Shown here: piece by piece, positions 44,901 through 51,275 of the stretch
Layout of the letters: each line of letters starts with the position of its first letter
How positions within the stretch are numbered: position 1 is the stretch's first letter
Virus record (IMG/VR): IMGVR_UViG_3300048574_000532
Span: 1 to 51,275 of that record
Length of the DNA: 51,275 nt
Origin: a virus
Taxonomy: Duplodnaviria > Caudoviricetes
Direction: 5' to 3' (one strand)
The notes under the pieces: generated by a model
What the model saw: only the letters and a program-made list of their open reading frames with translations
Databases searched by the model: none
Told to the model about the DNA's origin: nothing
Position numbers and translations under genes: made by a program

Positions 44901-47175
44901 GATGGATGAGCTCGGGATTCCGGGCGTGAAGAGGGTCAAGGACACCTATGCCGCGGCGGAAGAAATGGACCTTGCGCAGGTCCAAAGCCGGATGATGGAA
45001 CATGCCCGTAACGGCCGTACCTTCGAGACGGTCGAGGAAGCGGGGGCGGCCCGGCTCGTGTTGGAGCGGGAGTCTCCGAAACTCCTGAAAGAGAATCGCC
45101 TCGAAGAGCTCGCGAAGCTCATCGGCGCCTACAACGACACCGGCACCGAGGCGGCGCGTATCCTCGCCATTCGCCGGGAACAGCTCGACCTCGATACGCC
45201 CGAGGCGAAACGCTCGGCGCTTCTCGGCCAAATCTTCGAACCCTCGCGCCGGCTCAAGGCCGAACGGGACCGCCTGACCCGCCAAATCTCCCAGGAGAAG
45301 AATCCGGGGAAGCGGGCGGTGCTTTTGCGGCGCCGTGGCCTCGTTAACAAGCAGATGGCGAAGGAACTCGAAAGAGCCAAGGCGATTCTCGACCGCTACG
45401 GCATCGACCCCGAGCGCATCGAGGAAGCCAAGCCTGCCGTATTGCGCCGGGTCCTGCGGGATGTGGCGGCCTCGAAGCACACCTACTGGGATGCGCTCTT
45501 CGAGTGGCGCATGAACTGGGGACTGCTCTCGGGCGGGCGCTCCTTCGTGGTAGACCCGCTCTCGACGGGCATGCACGCCGCGTGGGACGCCACGGGAGAG
45601 CGCTTCGTGAAAGCGATGCTGAACCTCTTCGTGGGCGACCCGCTCTCCCCGCACCTGAACGAACTCGTGACGCAATGGCGGGGACTCGTACCGGGGCTCG
45701 CGGCAGGGTGGCGCAACGCTTTCCGCACCCTCGCAACCGAAGAGCCCACCCTGGCCGCAAGCAAGGGGCAAAAGAACCTCGGGGAGACCTTCAAGGACCG
45801 GCACGACGTGGCCATTTCCGGGCGCAAAGGCTACCTCGTGCGCCTGCCCTCGAACCTCAAGGCAGCGTCGGACGAGTTCATCAAGTCGGTTGTGGCGCAC
45901 ATGGACGTGTGGGCGCAGGCCGACCGCCTCGCGCGTCTGGAAGGCCTAAAGGGTGGCAAACGCACGCAACGTATTGCCGAGCTTGTAGGCGATGGACGCT
46001 CCCTCGCCTGGACACTCGCCCTCACACACGCCAACTACATCGCCTTCCAGGAGCCCTTGAAGAGCGAGGCGGGAAATAAGCTCATGGGCACTGTGCACGG
46101 CACGCCCTTGCGCTGGGCATTCCCCTTCGTGAAGACTCCCACCAACCTCGTGAAGCTCGGGCTCCGCAAGAGTCCACTCGGGATTCTCTCCCTCGTGCGC
46201 GAGCGGGGCAAACTCTCCACAGAAGAGAAGGTCGCCCGCACGGCTGAACAACTCATCGCGTGGGGCATGACGGTGGGCCTCATGGCCGCAATGAGCGGCG
46301 ACGAAGACGAACCGTGGATTACCGGCACCTCGTCCTGGACACCCGAAGAACGCAACAAGCGCGAAGCCGAGTACCGCTTCGCGGCTCCATACACCATCAA
46401 GCTCCCCGGCTACGGGCGGGTCGATTACTCCCGCCTCGAACCCTTCTCGACGGCCCTGGCCACGACGGTAGACGCCCTCGACAACTTCAAGCACAACGGC
46501 GCCGGCGTCGAAGCAGGCAACGAGTTCATGCACGACATGGTGGGACTCCTGAAGGACAAGCTCTTCCTACGAGGCATGAGCGACCTCATGGACCTCACGA
46601 TGGACGAACGGCGCCGCCCCAAGGTGGCCGCAGACTTCCTGAGCTCGTTCATCCCCAACCTCTACCAGCAAGCCGCCCTCGCCAGCGACCCCAACGTACG
46701 CGAGTTACAAGACGCCGGCCACGGCCGCTTCAAGGACCGCGTGATCTACTCGATGTTCCCGACCTCGCACATTCCCTATCCCAAAGTGGACGTGTGGGGT
46801 CGCGAAATCCGAAAGGGCGGCAACGCCCCCTGGCGCGCCGCCATGCCCATTAATCTCTACCCCGACCAACAAAGCGACCTCGAACACAAGCTCGACACCC
46901 TTATCCGCAAGTACAACGAGAATGCCCCACCTGAAAAGCAATGGTGGCCCTCACGCCCGCAACCCTTCTACACCAAAAACGGCGAAACCCATTATTGGAC
47001 AGACGAAGAGTATCACCGCCTGAGCGCACTGGCCGGGAAATACACCCTGGAAAGATTGCGCCGCACCCGCCTAGACTTGGACTCGCCCACAGGCAAGGAT
47101 ATCGAGCGCATCAAGACGGCGCTCGAAGAAGCAAGGGAGCGGGCACGCAAGGAGGTTCGGCGTGAAAAAGGGTAA
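38920..47175 (+). CDS. Giant polyvalent ejection-type protein: RelA/SpoT-like NTase, ddrB-ParB-like, zincin-like peptidase, ADP-ribosyltransferase-like and LPD38-like C-terminal domains
   Basis: ~40590-41120 SIK...VRDSLRF...GWR...VEW; ~41610-42090 YAVFEL.DL.ASHD...LQPRDY...GPP...INGNGR; ~43100 AHEYGLH...EEYLA; ~43915-44745 FKRWFG...VVYHGT...GFYFS...GYDGII...NQIKSATGNTGAFDP.NPDIRFS; C-terminal PFVKTPTN...DYSRLEPF. Confidence 0.82.
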   Translation: MPERKRLDLDDPALVPQAAPKSNRIKLNLDDLSILPKDVPFGEGVSTSLATNADAALEGLAGTAQRGMRAVRLDPMGTLLSRTGPGFFLMDREQRMNERAEADNPAQDNWLEGLMRGAENWLAETAHGARTDAAERQQALAEQYPEMRGAMFDGWKPDVNVLLNPERMLIEGLGQTVHYAPSLAAALLTKSLPLGLPGKAADVAAGLAGGYASGLETGGQVYRDNIEQGMPEGTAQANARLMEGVTTALSALPFERIVGEELAPGLANLGRNALKVAGTGAIEAGSETLEEYTQGILSGLTSHEALGQALSAGAMAGPTASAAHLAFQSPGMFGPSEAPEASPTEAPATPQPSDNWQRAEQLAALQNKGKAEGLSPEEATLMRSLAQSIDTEALANELAAIQAAPSPTPAEGAQNAPGAPHAQSPAEASNTQSSPVEPVAAALAQDTEANKELVQALIGTTDNLARTVSALTEAPMAPEPEVSGIAQSTETAPAPKAPNPTLTGSNRLRRLAEYRAQREAASVETAEKPEAPAAQTPLDPEEAIFNPIDRAAPQEEKVRQLNALTEVNKPRIDQVIGEIDKALGTKSKSSIKEPQKILNKANRPSIKARKPWHDVEHVRDSLRFKTVINSFEDVSAAFDIIHKRLGAEVVKTDTEKMLAPKEWGWRFAAFDLRMPNGQLVEWYLPLRELEEAKKAGNHDLFEKWRETTDEERTARWNEYRTDLRASRRRYEGAWRAALARLSQDESAAAASWKNLSTSLGSVTGSNSSLSSSAENVPRRQTPSMRTAGNSGASTMTRPVDLSKETIASSGEKTGNSGSNIGQTSTTILPQSDAQTKDDRDTEGGAAAPVRPVAPSPTPDAGESATLTRDNADEEQIPRTSAVQGHDTGILAEGFKGEIPARYAVFELRDLTASHDFWRGTPAANNEQRGTYPKRLQPRDYGPGTAEESKVVRFAQEQKSPYYVSSHPGADSGPPSVSPDGTVINGNGRVMSLQLAAGRNDYAWMREAVLNQAETFGLDRAAVDAMEFPALVRVVDMNPTSKEAREFARAGNVTTTQQQSPARTAASLSGLIDAELLDSLDLSDDITFSEAVKGPAGASFRQILFEALPASVRPNYFRDDRTLTDTGAELVQNMLLSHVFPVSLIERLSTARPRMKQVIEGALPQLLSIVRDYPEGDITPQLIEALEFLSRYPEVRKQREVKAILGQQSIFGGSDETLSPAGEMVTEFLVRDGDKPRVFRERLAKAISDYAWSQGLLGEGGDALDIIVGALDVQPKEGAVFGRPVALLAAATPRRAVDRTRAVTPLNEARRTINQVVSRLSRGKNFKVLRTMGEAPEEVRRTLWKQLRSVEVGERRYFVAGFFHEGTAYFVANDLEALAAQDGLSLEAMAVAKWAHEYGLHYGLRGMLEELHGPGGRLAFKRLMRDVFAAVGREGILEAVGESYANAPNDVLAEEYLAHLAERLDKNSKLTASERTVWKRVLDFFRNALRRTLGKLTDRDIERVVLNSLRWAMNRGETNGTPDTRFSLTFGHEFQDKQKDRSENTLAARDAALRVFDKGGSVMDAWRAARRAAQEADARPYSTEGIRLAGDHGMRQAARLRGIDIEDKAFGDGWNSKEPASAWDSESKQGAIFAERPLPKLKSARGQWKKYGEPRFSIAEARRQTETPAFKRWFGQSKVAAEDGAPLVVYHGTVNDFAQYDERRGNVESDWGAGFYFSNTPEDVNENYAGEGPDLTNKIERLAERIEAEEEIPYAEARERARAELSEGRANVMPVFLSLQNPFEVGGERPEYWETEYDPEDEDAEPTGKAIDFLEALRHVAYGFDDVNTDTLSEDLSEYLYDGGKAEDMVEAARKSEGLSYATDEHGDLAGHEIIRLALERMGYDGIIDRSVNKKFGWESKQKPMLGMAQDTVHYIAFRANQIKSATGNTGAFDPTNPDIRFSAETRTGDPNVAPEAARRIEAGELASEPGKRGLANPLPDIEHLRQVYDTVQSVMDELGIPGVKRVKDTYAAAEEMDLAQVQSRMMEHARNGRTFETVEEAGAARLVLERESPKLLKENRLEELAKLIGAYNDTGTEAARILAIRREQLDLDTPEAKRSALLGQIFEPSRRLKAERDRLTRQISQEKNPGKRAVLLRRRGLVNKQMAKELERAKAILDRYGIDPERIEEAKPAVLRRVLRDVAASKHTYWDALFEWRMNWGLLSGGRSFVVDPLSTGMHAAWDATGERFVKAMLNLFVGDPLSPHLNELVTQWRGLVPGLAAGWRNAFRTLATEEPTLAASKGQKNLGETFKDRHDVAISGRKGYLVRLPSNLKAASDEFIKSVVAHMDVWAQADRLARLEGLKGGKRTQRIAELVGDGRSLAWTLALTHANYIAFQEPLKSEAGNKLMGTVHGTPLRWAFPFVKTPTNLVKLGLRKSPLGILSLVRERGKLSTEEKVARTAEQLIAWGMTVGLMAAMSGDEDEPWITGTSSWTPEERNKREAEYRFAAPYTIKLPGYGRVDYSRLEPFSTALATTVDALDNFKHNGAGVEAGNEFMHDMVGLLKDKLFLRGMSDLMDLTMDERRRPKVAADFLSSFIPNLYQQAALASDPNVRELQDAGHGRFKDRVIYSMFPTSHIPYPKVDVWGREIRKGGNAPWRAAMPINLYPDQQSDLEHKLDTLIRKYNENAPPEKQWWPSRPQPFYTKNGETHYWTDEEYHRLSALAGKYTLERLRRTRLDLDSPTGKDIERIKTALEEARERARKEVRREKG
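41106..41378 (-). CDS. Nested antisense small protein inside the giant gene; candidate antitoxin/immunity protein for the RelA/SpoT-like domain
   Basis: ATG at 41378, GGAGGT RBS 7 nt upstream, own promoter, protein-like composition; the sense frame over the same bases is Ser-rich, like a shadow frame. Confidence 0.75.
   Translation of the reverse strand: MFDPEFPVFSPDDAIVSFDKSTGRVMVLAPEFPAVRIDGVWRRGTFSADELKDEFEPVTDPKEVLKFFQEAAAALSSCDNRARAARQAPS
41398..41425 (-). promoter_or_regulatory. Extended -10 sigma70-like promoter for the nested antisense gene
   Basis: Minus strand TTGTCT(41425-41420)-16 bp-TAAAAT(41403-41398) with TG at 41406-41405; a local AT-rich patch in a GC-rich gene. Confidence 0.65.
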
Positions 47176-47386
47176 ACTCGCCATTCGCCTTCGCTCGGCG
47201 CAGAAGGTTCAGTTGCGCTGGCGTTTGCCGAACCACCACGGGGCGCAGGATTCGGTTTTCCGACGATTTGTCGATGCGCCCTACAAGGCGCATGAGAGAC
47301 AAGAAAGCTAATTCACCCATTCATTTATGGGCTGCTGAGAGATCCTGCAACCATCGAATTCCGAAGCCCGCGCCCCAAGATTCCAG

Positions 47387-47776
47387 TTAGCGACAAGCAG
47401 TGATTTCGTACACCTCTCCTTTCGAAAACGCATCGTGAGGGACCGTACGTTTGCTGTTTGTTTTTCTTAGCGAGTTTAGCTCCAATAGAAAGCAGGTGAC
47501 TGAACCGGCAAGCTGTCGCTGACGGAAACAGGTGCTCCAGTCCTTTCCGTATTGCTTTGCCCATTCAAGGCAGGGGTCACCGATCGCAAGAACCGCGGGA
47601 AGCTTTATTTTGGAATATGCCCGCGCTTCAAAAAATACAAGAGGAGTTACTATTCGCTTAAACAATTCCAGAATTTCGAGAAGTCCGTCCAAGTCCTTGA
47701 AAATAGGGCGGTCTTTAATGAAATCCTCCCATTCCGGTAGACGAATATCCTCTCCACAGTGCCGTTCAGTTCGCAT
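47387..47776 (-). CDS. Hypothetical moron protein
   Basis: AAGGAG RBS before the ATG at 47776; AT-rich; upstream minus-strand TTGACT(47881-47876)-18 bp-TATCAT(47857-47852). Confidence 0.6.
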   Translation of the reverse strand: MRTERHCGEDIRLPEWEDFIKDRPIFKDLDGLLEILELFKRIVTPLVFFEARAYSKIKLPAVLAIGDPCLEWAKQYGKDWSTCFRQRQLAGSVTCFLLELNSLRKTNSKRTVPHDAFSKGEVYEITACR

Positions 47777-48050
47777 GATGCGTCTCCTTCTGTAGTTTTG
47801 ACTGCGAGAACCACGCCATTTATGTTCCTCCACAGTGACCATCATATCTACATGATATCATTCTATCTGCCCCATAGTCAAGTCTGTCGGAAGTTGGGCG
47901 ACTCCGCGGGTCGAAGTCAACGCTAAGGGATGAATATGCTATCATCCAATTCGTCTGTCCTATCTGGGATAGCACCTCGCAGGGATGCGGATATGGGCAT
48001 GGGGTCTAAACCATGGCTAACGGGGGTCCGTTTGTCAGGGGGAGTGTTTC

Positions 48051-49940
48051 ATGGTGCACCGTAACTTGGCCTACCTCTTGTGTCAGTGCGTTGCCGTTAT
48101 GCTCGCAGCAAGTGCGTGCGGGACAGGAGAACCCGCAACTGCAAGCTCTTCCGCTACCGCCGCCGCAGGGGGAGAAGTTGGCCCACAATCGGAATGGGAC
48201 ACGTGGTGGAATGCAAAACTGGCAGGTCGCCAGACCTTCACTTTGACCCCCGACATTCGTGCAAAGACTGCGGCATGGTTCGACGGTCGCTCCGATTGGC
48301 TAGAGAATGCAGCCCAAGAGCTTGAGTCTCCCGACTTGGCCAGCGTTGAGAGAATGGACCAGCTTCAGGCAGCCGACCTGACTGGGTTCGCTCGATCCAT
48401 GCTGCCTCTGCGCGTCTTTGCAGCAGTGGAGCACCCTGCTTCCGGCGCCCTTACGCTCAGAGAGTTTCTGAGTGCGTTCGATTCCGTACCGGGGCACACC
48501 GCCCTTGTAGTTTGGCGTGCTGCACTTAATGACATGTGCATGGTTGACGTCAGCATAGGGGCGGCAGCGGATCGTGACCAAACATGGGGCAAATACGATC
48601 TCAAGCCAGGGAACGGCGGCACGTTCTCGCTTGTTTTTTCGCGCGAGAACGAGGTTCTTGTCCTGCACAAGGTGGGTGTATATGCGCGAAGTTCAGATGG
48701 CAAAGATCGCTCTGAAGACACCCTGCCTTCGTTTCTTGATGACCTCGTCGCTGAGTTGAAGGAGCGTCGTGAGCCTACTCCCGAGGCTGGTGCGAAAGCC
48801 CCGACTTCTCCAGAAGTTTCGGCCGTTCAACGTGGCAATTCGAGAACGCCAGTTCATCCTGAGCCGATTCAGGAGGTTGAGACGTGGTGGAAAGATAAGT
48901 TGGCACTCGGCACTTCTATGCCTGTAGATACAGCCAAGCCTGGTAACGATAAGAGTGTCACTATATCGCAGTTGTTTGATTCGACGGGCTCGCTTCCCTC
49001 GTTCGAGCTCTTGAACTGGTGCTGGGGGCCAGTTGAGAAAACCGATCCAGGGGACGCCTTAAAACCCCTGATGTCACTCAAACTGTACACATCTGTTGCG
49101 CATTCTTCCTCTGGTGTTCTCACATTGCAGGAGTTTCTGCACGGTCTTGAGATGGGGCCGAGCGACGGAAGCACGTCCTACCAGTGGCACCGCGGCCCTG
49201 ACGGGATGGTCCTGCTGGATGCTGATCTGACGTTTCAGCCCGAAGGAGACGACCCCTGGAAAGAGTTCAGGGACGAACAGGGGCACGTCTACTTACTGCT
49301 TCTTTTTACGCACGAGGAACGGGCAATGGTTCTTCGCAAGGTCGCGCTCAAGTCACGGCCGGGCGACGAAATACCCCTGTCGTCCTTCCTTGATCACATG
49401 GTGATCCGGATCAAGAAATGGCAGGTCCTTCAGTTCAGGATGGAAAACGAGCATGATTCCGAGCGGCAGGGCGTGATTGAACTCCTCGACGGCCTGACAT
49501 CATTCAAGGTCAAGGGCATCTATCTCGGAATGACAAAGCAAGACTTGATATCAGCATTGAACCCGCTGGTAGGGGCGGATGGCATTACTGTTCAAGAGGC
49601 GGTTGTTGCCGCGATGACAGTGCCCGATGCGGAGGAGGTTACATTAACTGAAATCGGGCTAGGCCGATTTATTCTCAAGTTTGGGCGGCTCCATACTTAT
49701 CTCATAGGAGGATCTGTCACAGACAAATTCTTCAACTCCGGAGCCATGAATGTGGAGCAATTCGTACAATCCTTTGTGGATGCCTACAAGATCCCTGAAA
49801 TGAAGAAGGAGTACGATCCTGATTCCTACGCAAGTTATTACGTGTATCGCGACCCACTAGGTTACGAGGTTCGGATTCTTGAGGACAAAGGCTTGATGGT
49901 AAGACCGTTGGAGAATGCGGGGAAACCCCAGTTCGACTAG
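48051..49940 (+). CDS. Putative lipoprotein with an internally duplicated domain (moron)
   Basis: Hydrophobic leader ending ASAC; repeat TWWNAKLAG...SGALTLREFL versus TWWKDKLALG...SGVLTLQEFL; extended -10 TGcTATCAT at 47937-47945. Confidence 0.65.
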   Translation: MVHRNLAYLLCQCVAVMLAASACGTGEPATASSSATAAAGGEVGPQSEWDTWWNAKLAGRQTFTLTPDIRAKTAAWFDGRSDWLENAAQELESPDLASVERMDQLQAADLTGFARSMLPLRVFAAVEHPASGALTLREFLSAFDSVPGHTALVVWRAALNDMCMVDVSIGAAADRDQTWGKYDLKPGNGGTFSLVFSRENEVLVLHKVGVYARSSDGKDRSEDTLPSFLDDLVAELKERREPTPEAGAKAPTSPEVSAVQRGNSRTPVHPEPIQEVETWWKDKLALGTSMPVDTAKPGNDKSVTISQLFDSTGSLPSFELLNWCWGPVEKTDPGDALKPLMSLKLYTSVAHSSSGVLTLQEFLHGLEMGPSDGSTSYQWHRGPDGMVLLDADLTFQPEGDDPWKEFRDEQGHVYLLLLFTHEERAMVLRKVALKSRPGDEIPLSSFLDHMVIRIKKWQVLQFRMENEHDSERQGVIELLDGLTSFKVKGIYLGMTKQDLISALNPLVGADGITVQEAVVAAMTVPDAEEVTLTEIGLGRFILKFGRLHTYLIGGSVTDKFFNSGAMNVEQFVQSFVDAYKIPEMKKEYDPDSYASYYVYRDPLGYEVRILEDKGLMVRPLENAGKPQFD

Positions 49941-49976
49941 GAGGGGCTAGTCAACTACCGGATACGCTAACTTACT

Positions 49977-50013
49977 CGACCGTTCCTCCGCGTATGAGCC
50001 GGAGGAACGGTCG
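49977..50013. terminator. 14-bp perfect hairpin between convergent genes (probable bidirectional terminator)
   Basis: CGACCGTTCCTCCG-9 nt-CGGAGGAACGGTCG. Confidence 0.7.
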
Positions 50014-50030
50014 CCTTGTTTAGCTTTCCA

Positions 50031-51275
50031 CTACCCCCACTGACTCATCACTTCAAGCGCTTTCGCCTGATTCCGCTCGGCGTATATCTTGGTGACCTCA
50101 ACATCGCTATGCCCGAGAATCAAGCTCGCGACTTCAAGGCCAAACTCTTCGCGCAGGTACGTAGCGGCGCTGTGGCGAAGGCGGTGCGGGTTCCACAGGG
50201 GTAGCTTGGCTGCGTTGCAGGCGTGGACGATGGCGTGTCGGAATGAGTTGTTGTCGTAGTGGTCACGGACCACGCGATCGCTCTTTCGTGGGGAGGGCAG
50301 TTGGTCCGGGCGGCGGTGCATCTTGCAGTTGGCTTTGCGCTCGGCCATGACTTCTCTCGGGTTAAAGATGTACGCGTCACCGGGGCGGTTCACGAGGTAC
50401 GGACGCAGGATGGCTTGGGCCTTGGGACCGAAGTAGAGGATGCGGGGCTTGCCGCGCCACGCGCCTTTGTGCTTCCTGGAGATATCGACGGTCCAGACGT
50501 TAACGGTAATCGGCTCGCCGTTCTTGCCCTTGAAGGTCTTTGGAGTGCGGTCGAGGTCGTTGGGGGTAAGGTCGAGGAATTCGCCCGAGCGGGCGCCAAT
50601 GAGCAGTTGTAGCTCGACCATGTTCGCGATGGTGCGAGGCATGTATTTCTTGGTGGCTTCGAGAAGCTCTTGTGAGACCGGCTGAATGTCTTTCCGCTCG
50701 GGCGCTACGATTACCTTGCCGTTGGGCATCTTGATTCCGCGGCATTTGTGGATGGTCTCGACGGCGGTGAGGGCCTGCCACGTTTCCACGGGGCAGAACT
50801 TCCGAGCGACTCCCCACTTGAACGCCCGCACCAAATACTGCTGGTAGGAATTGACGGTCTTTCGGAAATACCCCGCCGCCACCCAATCCCGCTGCACTTC
50901 CAGGAGCATGAGGGTATCGAATTCCTGGGGCGGCAAGTGCCCGTATCGTTTCAACGCCTGTTGAACGATCAGCACCGTGTTATGCGAGGAAGTAACCTTG
51001 CCGTCCGGCCTGCGGTAGTACGCTTCCGAGTAGGCCACCCAGGCATCGATCATGTCCTTGAGCGTGGCGCAGCCATTGTTGGACTCGCGGATGCCGGCGC
51101 GGCGCTCCCGCTCTTCGAGGAACTTCTTCTGCTCGCGCACGGCGGTAAGCAGATCGGTCGTTTCCATCGACTTCTGCTGGCGCTTGCCATCATCACCGCG
51201 GTAGACGCAGTACCAGATTTTATTTTCGCGCTGGACGAGATTTTGGGGCTTCTTGGAGGCTTTTCGCGTGCTCAT
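50031..51275 (-). CDS. int: Tyrosine recombinase / phage integrase
   Basis: IGARSGE, HKG, PHRLRHSAAT, LGHS...TKIY catalytic motifs; N-terminal arm-binding-like domain. Confidence 0.95.
   Translation of the reverse strand: MSTRKASKKPQNLVQRENKIWYCVYRGDDGKRQQKSMETTDLLTAVREQKKFLEERERRAGIRESNNGCATLKDMIDAWVAYSEAYYRRPDGKVTSSHNTVLIVQQALKRYGHLPPQEFDTLMLLEVQRDWVAAGYFRKTVNSYQQYLVRAFKWGVARKFCPVETWQALTAVETIHKCRGIKMPNGKVIVAPERKDIQPVSQELLEATKKYMPRTIANMVELQLLIGARSGEFLDLTPNDLDRTPKTFKGKNGEPITVNVWTVDISRKHKGAWRGKPRILYFGPKAQAILRPYLVNRPGDAYIFNPREVMAERKANCKMHRRPDQLPSPRKSDRVVRDHYDNNSFRHAIVHACNAAKLPLWNPHRLRHSAATYLREEFGLEVASLILGHSDVEVTKIYAERNQAKALEVMSQWG

Larger units (their letters stand above)
751..51275. mobile_element. 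Temperate prophage (podovirus-like, no tape measure gene) integrated in tRNA-Pro; right boundary lies outside the window
   Basis: tRNA 3' duplication at the left and integrase at the right, with replication, terminase, portal, capsid, lysis and ejection-protein modules between. Confidence 0.93.

Noticed and set aside
47111-47320. 69-aa minus-strand ORF overlapping the giant gene's 3' end as a second immunity gene
   Set aside because: No clear RBS or recognisable features; cannot be supported.

Overview
The window holds an apparently complete ~50.5 kb temperate prophage with a podovirus-like gene set, integrated in a tRNA-Pro(CGG) gene. The duplicated 3' half of the tRNA is at 751-795 (- strand) and the tyrosine integrase is at the right end (50031-51275, - strand), so the intact tRNA should lie just beyond the window. 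Left of the att copy are a host PadR regulator and a frameshifted relic of a closely related integrase. Modules in order: early and replication genes (HTH, Xis-like, PD-(D/E)XK exonuclease, Sak4-like ATPase, SF2 helicase, VRR-NUC, prim-pol); a visibly more AT-rich accessory island (nuclease-MTase fusion plus S subunit, Mrr, GIY-YIG, and a convergent 3-gene RiPP cluster); an ori/pac-like intergenic region; TerS, fibre and lysis genes, TerL, portal, scaffold, major capsid, adaptor, two paralogous tail proteins and ejection proteins; a ~2750-aa polyvalent protein; two moron genes; the integrase. Two observations stand out. (1) A 90-aa antisense ORF with its own sigma70-like promoter and strong RBS is nested wholly inside the giant polyvalent gene, right after its RelA/SpoT-like domain; it is a candidate embedded antitoxin or immunity gene. 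(2) The prophage carries a RiPP cluster: a Cys-rich precursor ending in Trp, a radical SAM/SPASM enzyme and an isoprenoid-synthase-fold (ComQ-like) enzyme. All family calls come from motif recognition by eye; no database searches were run.
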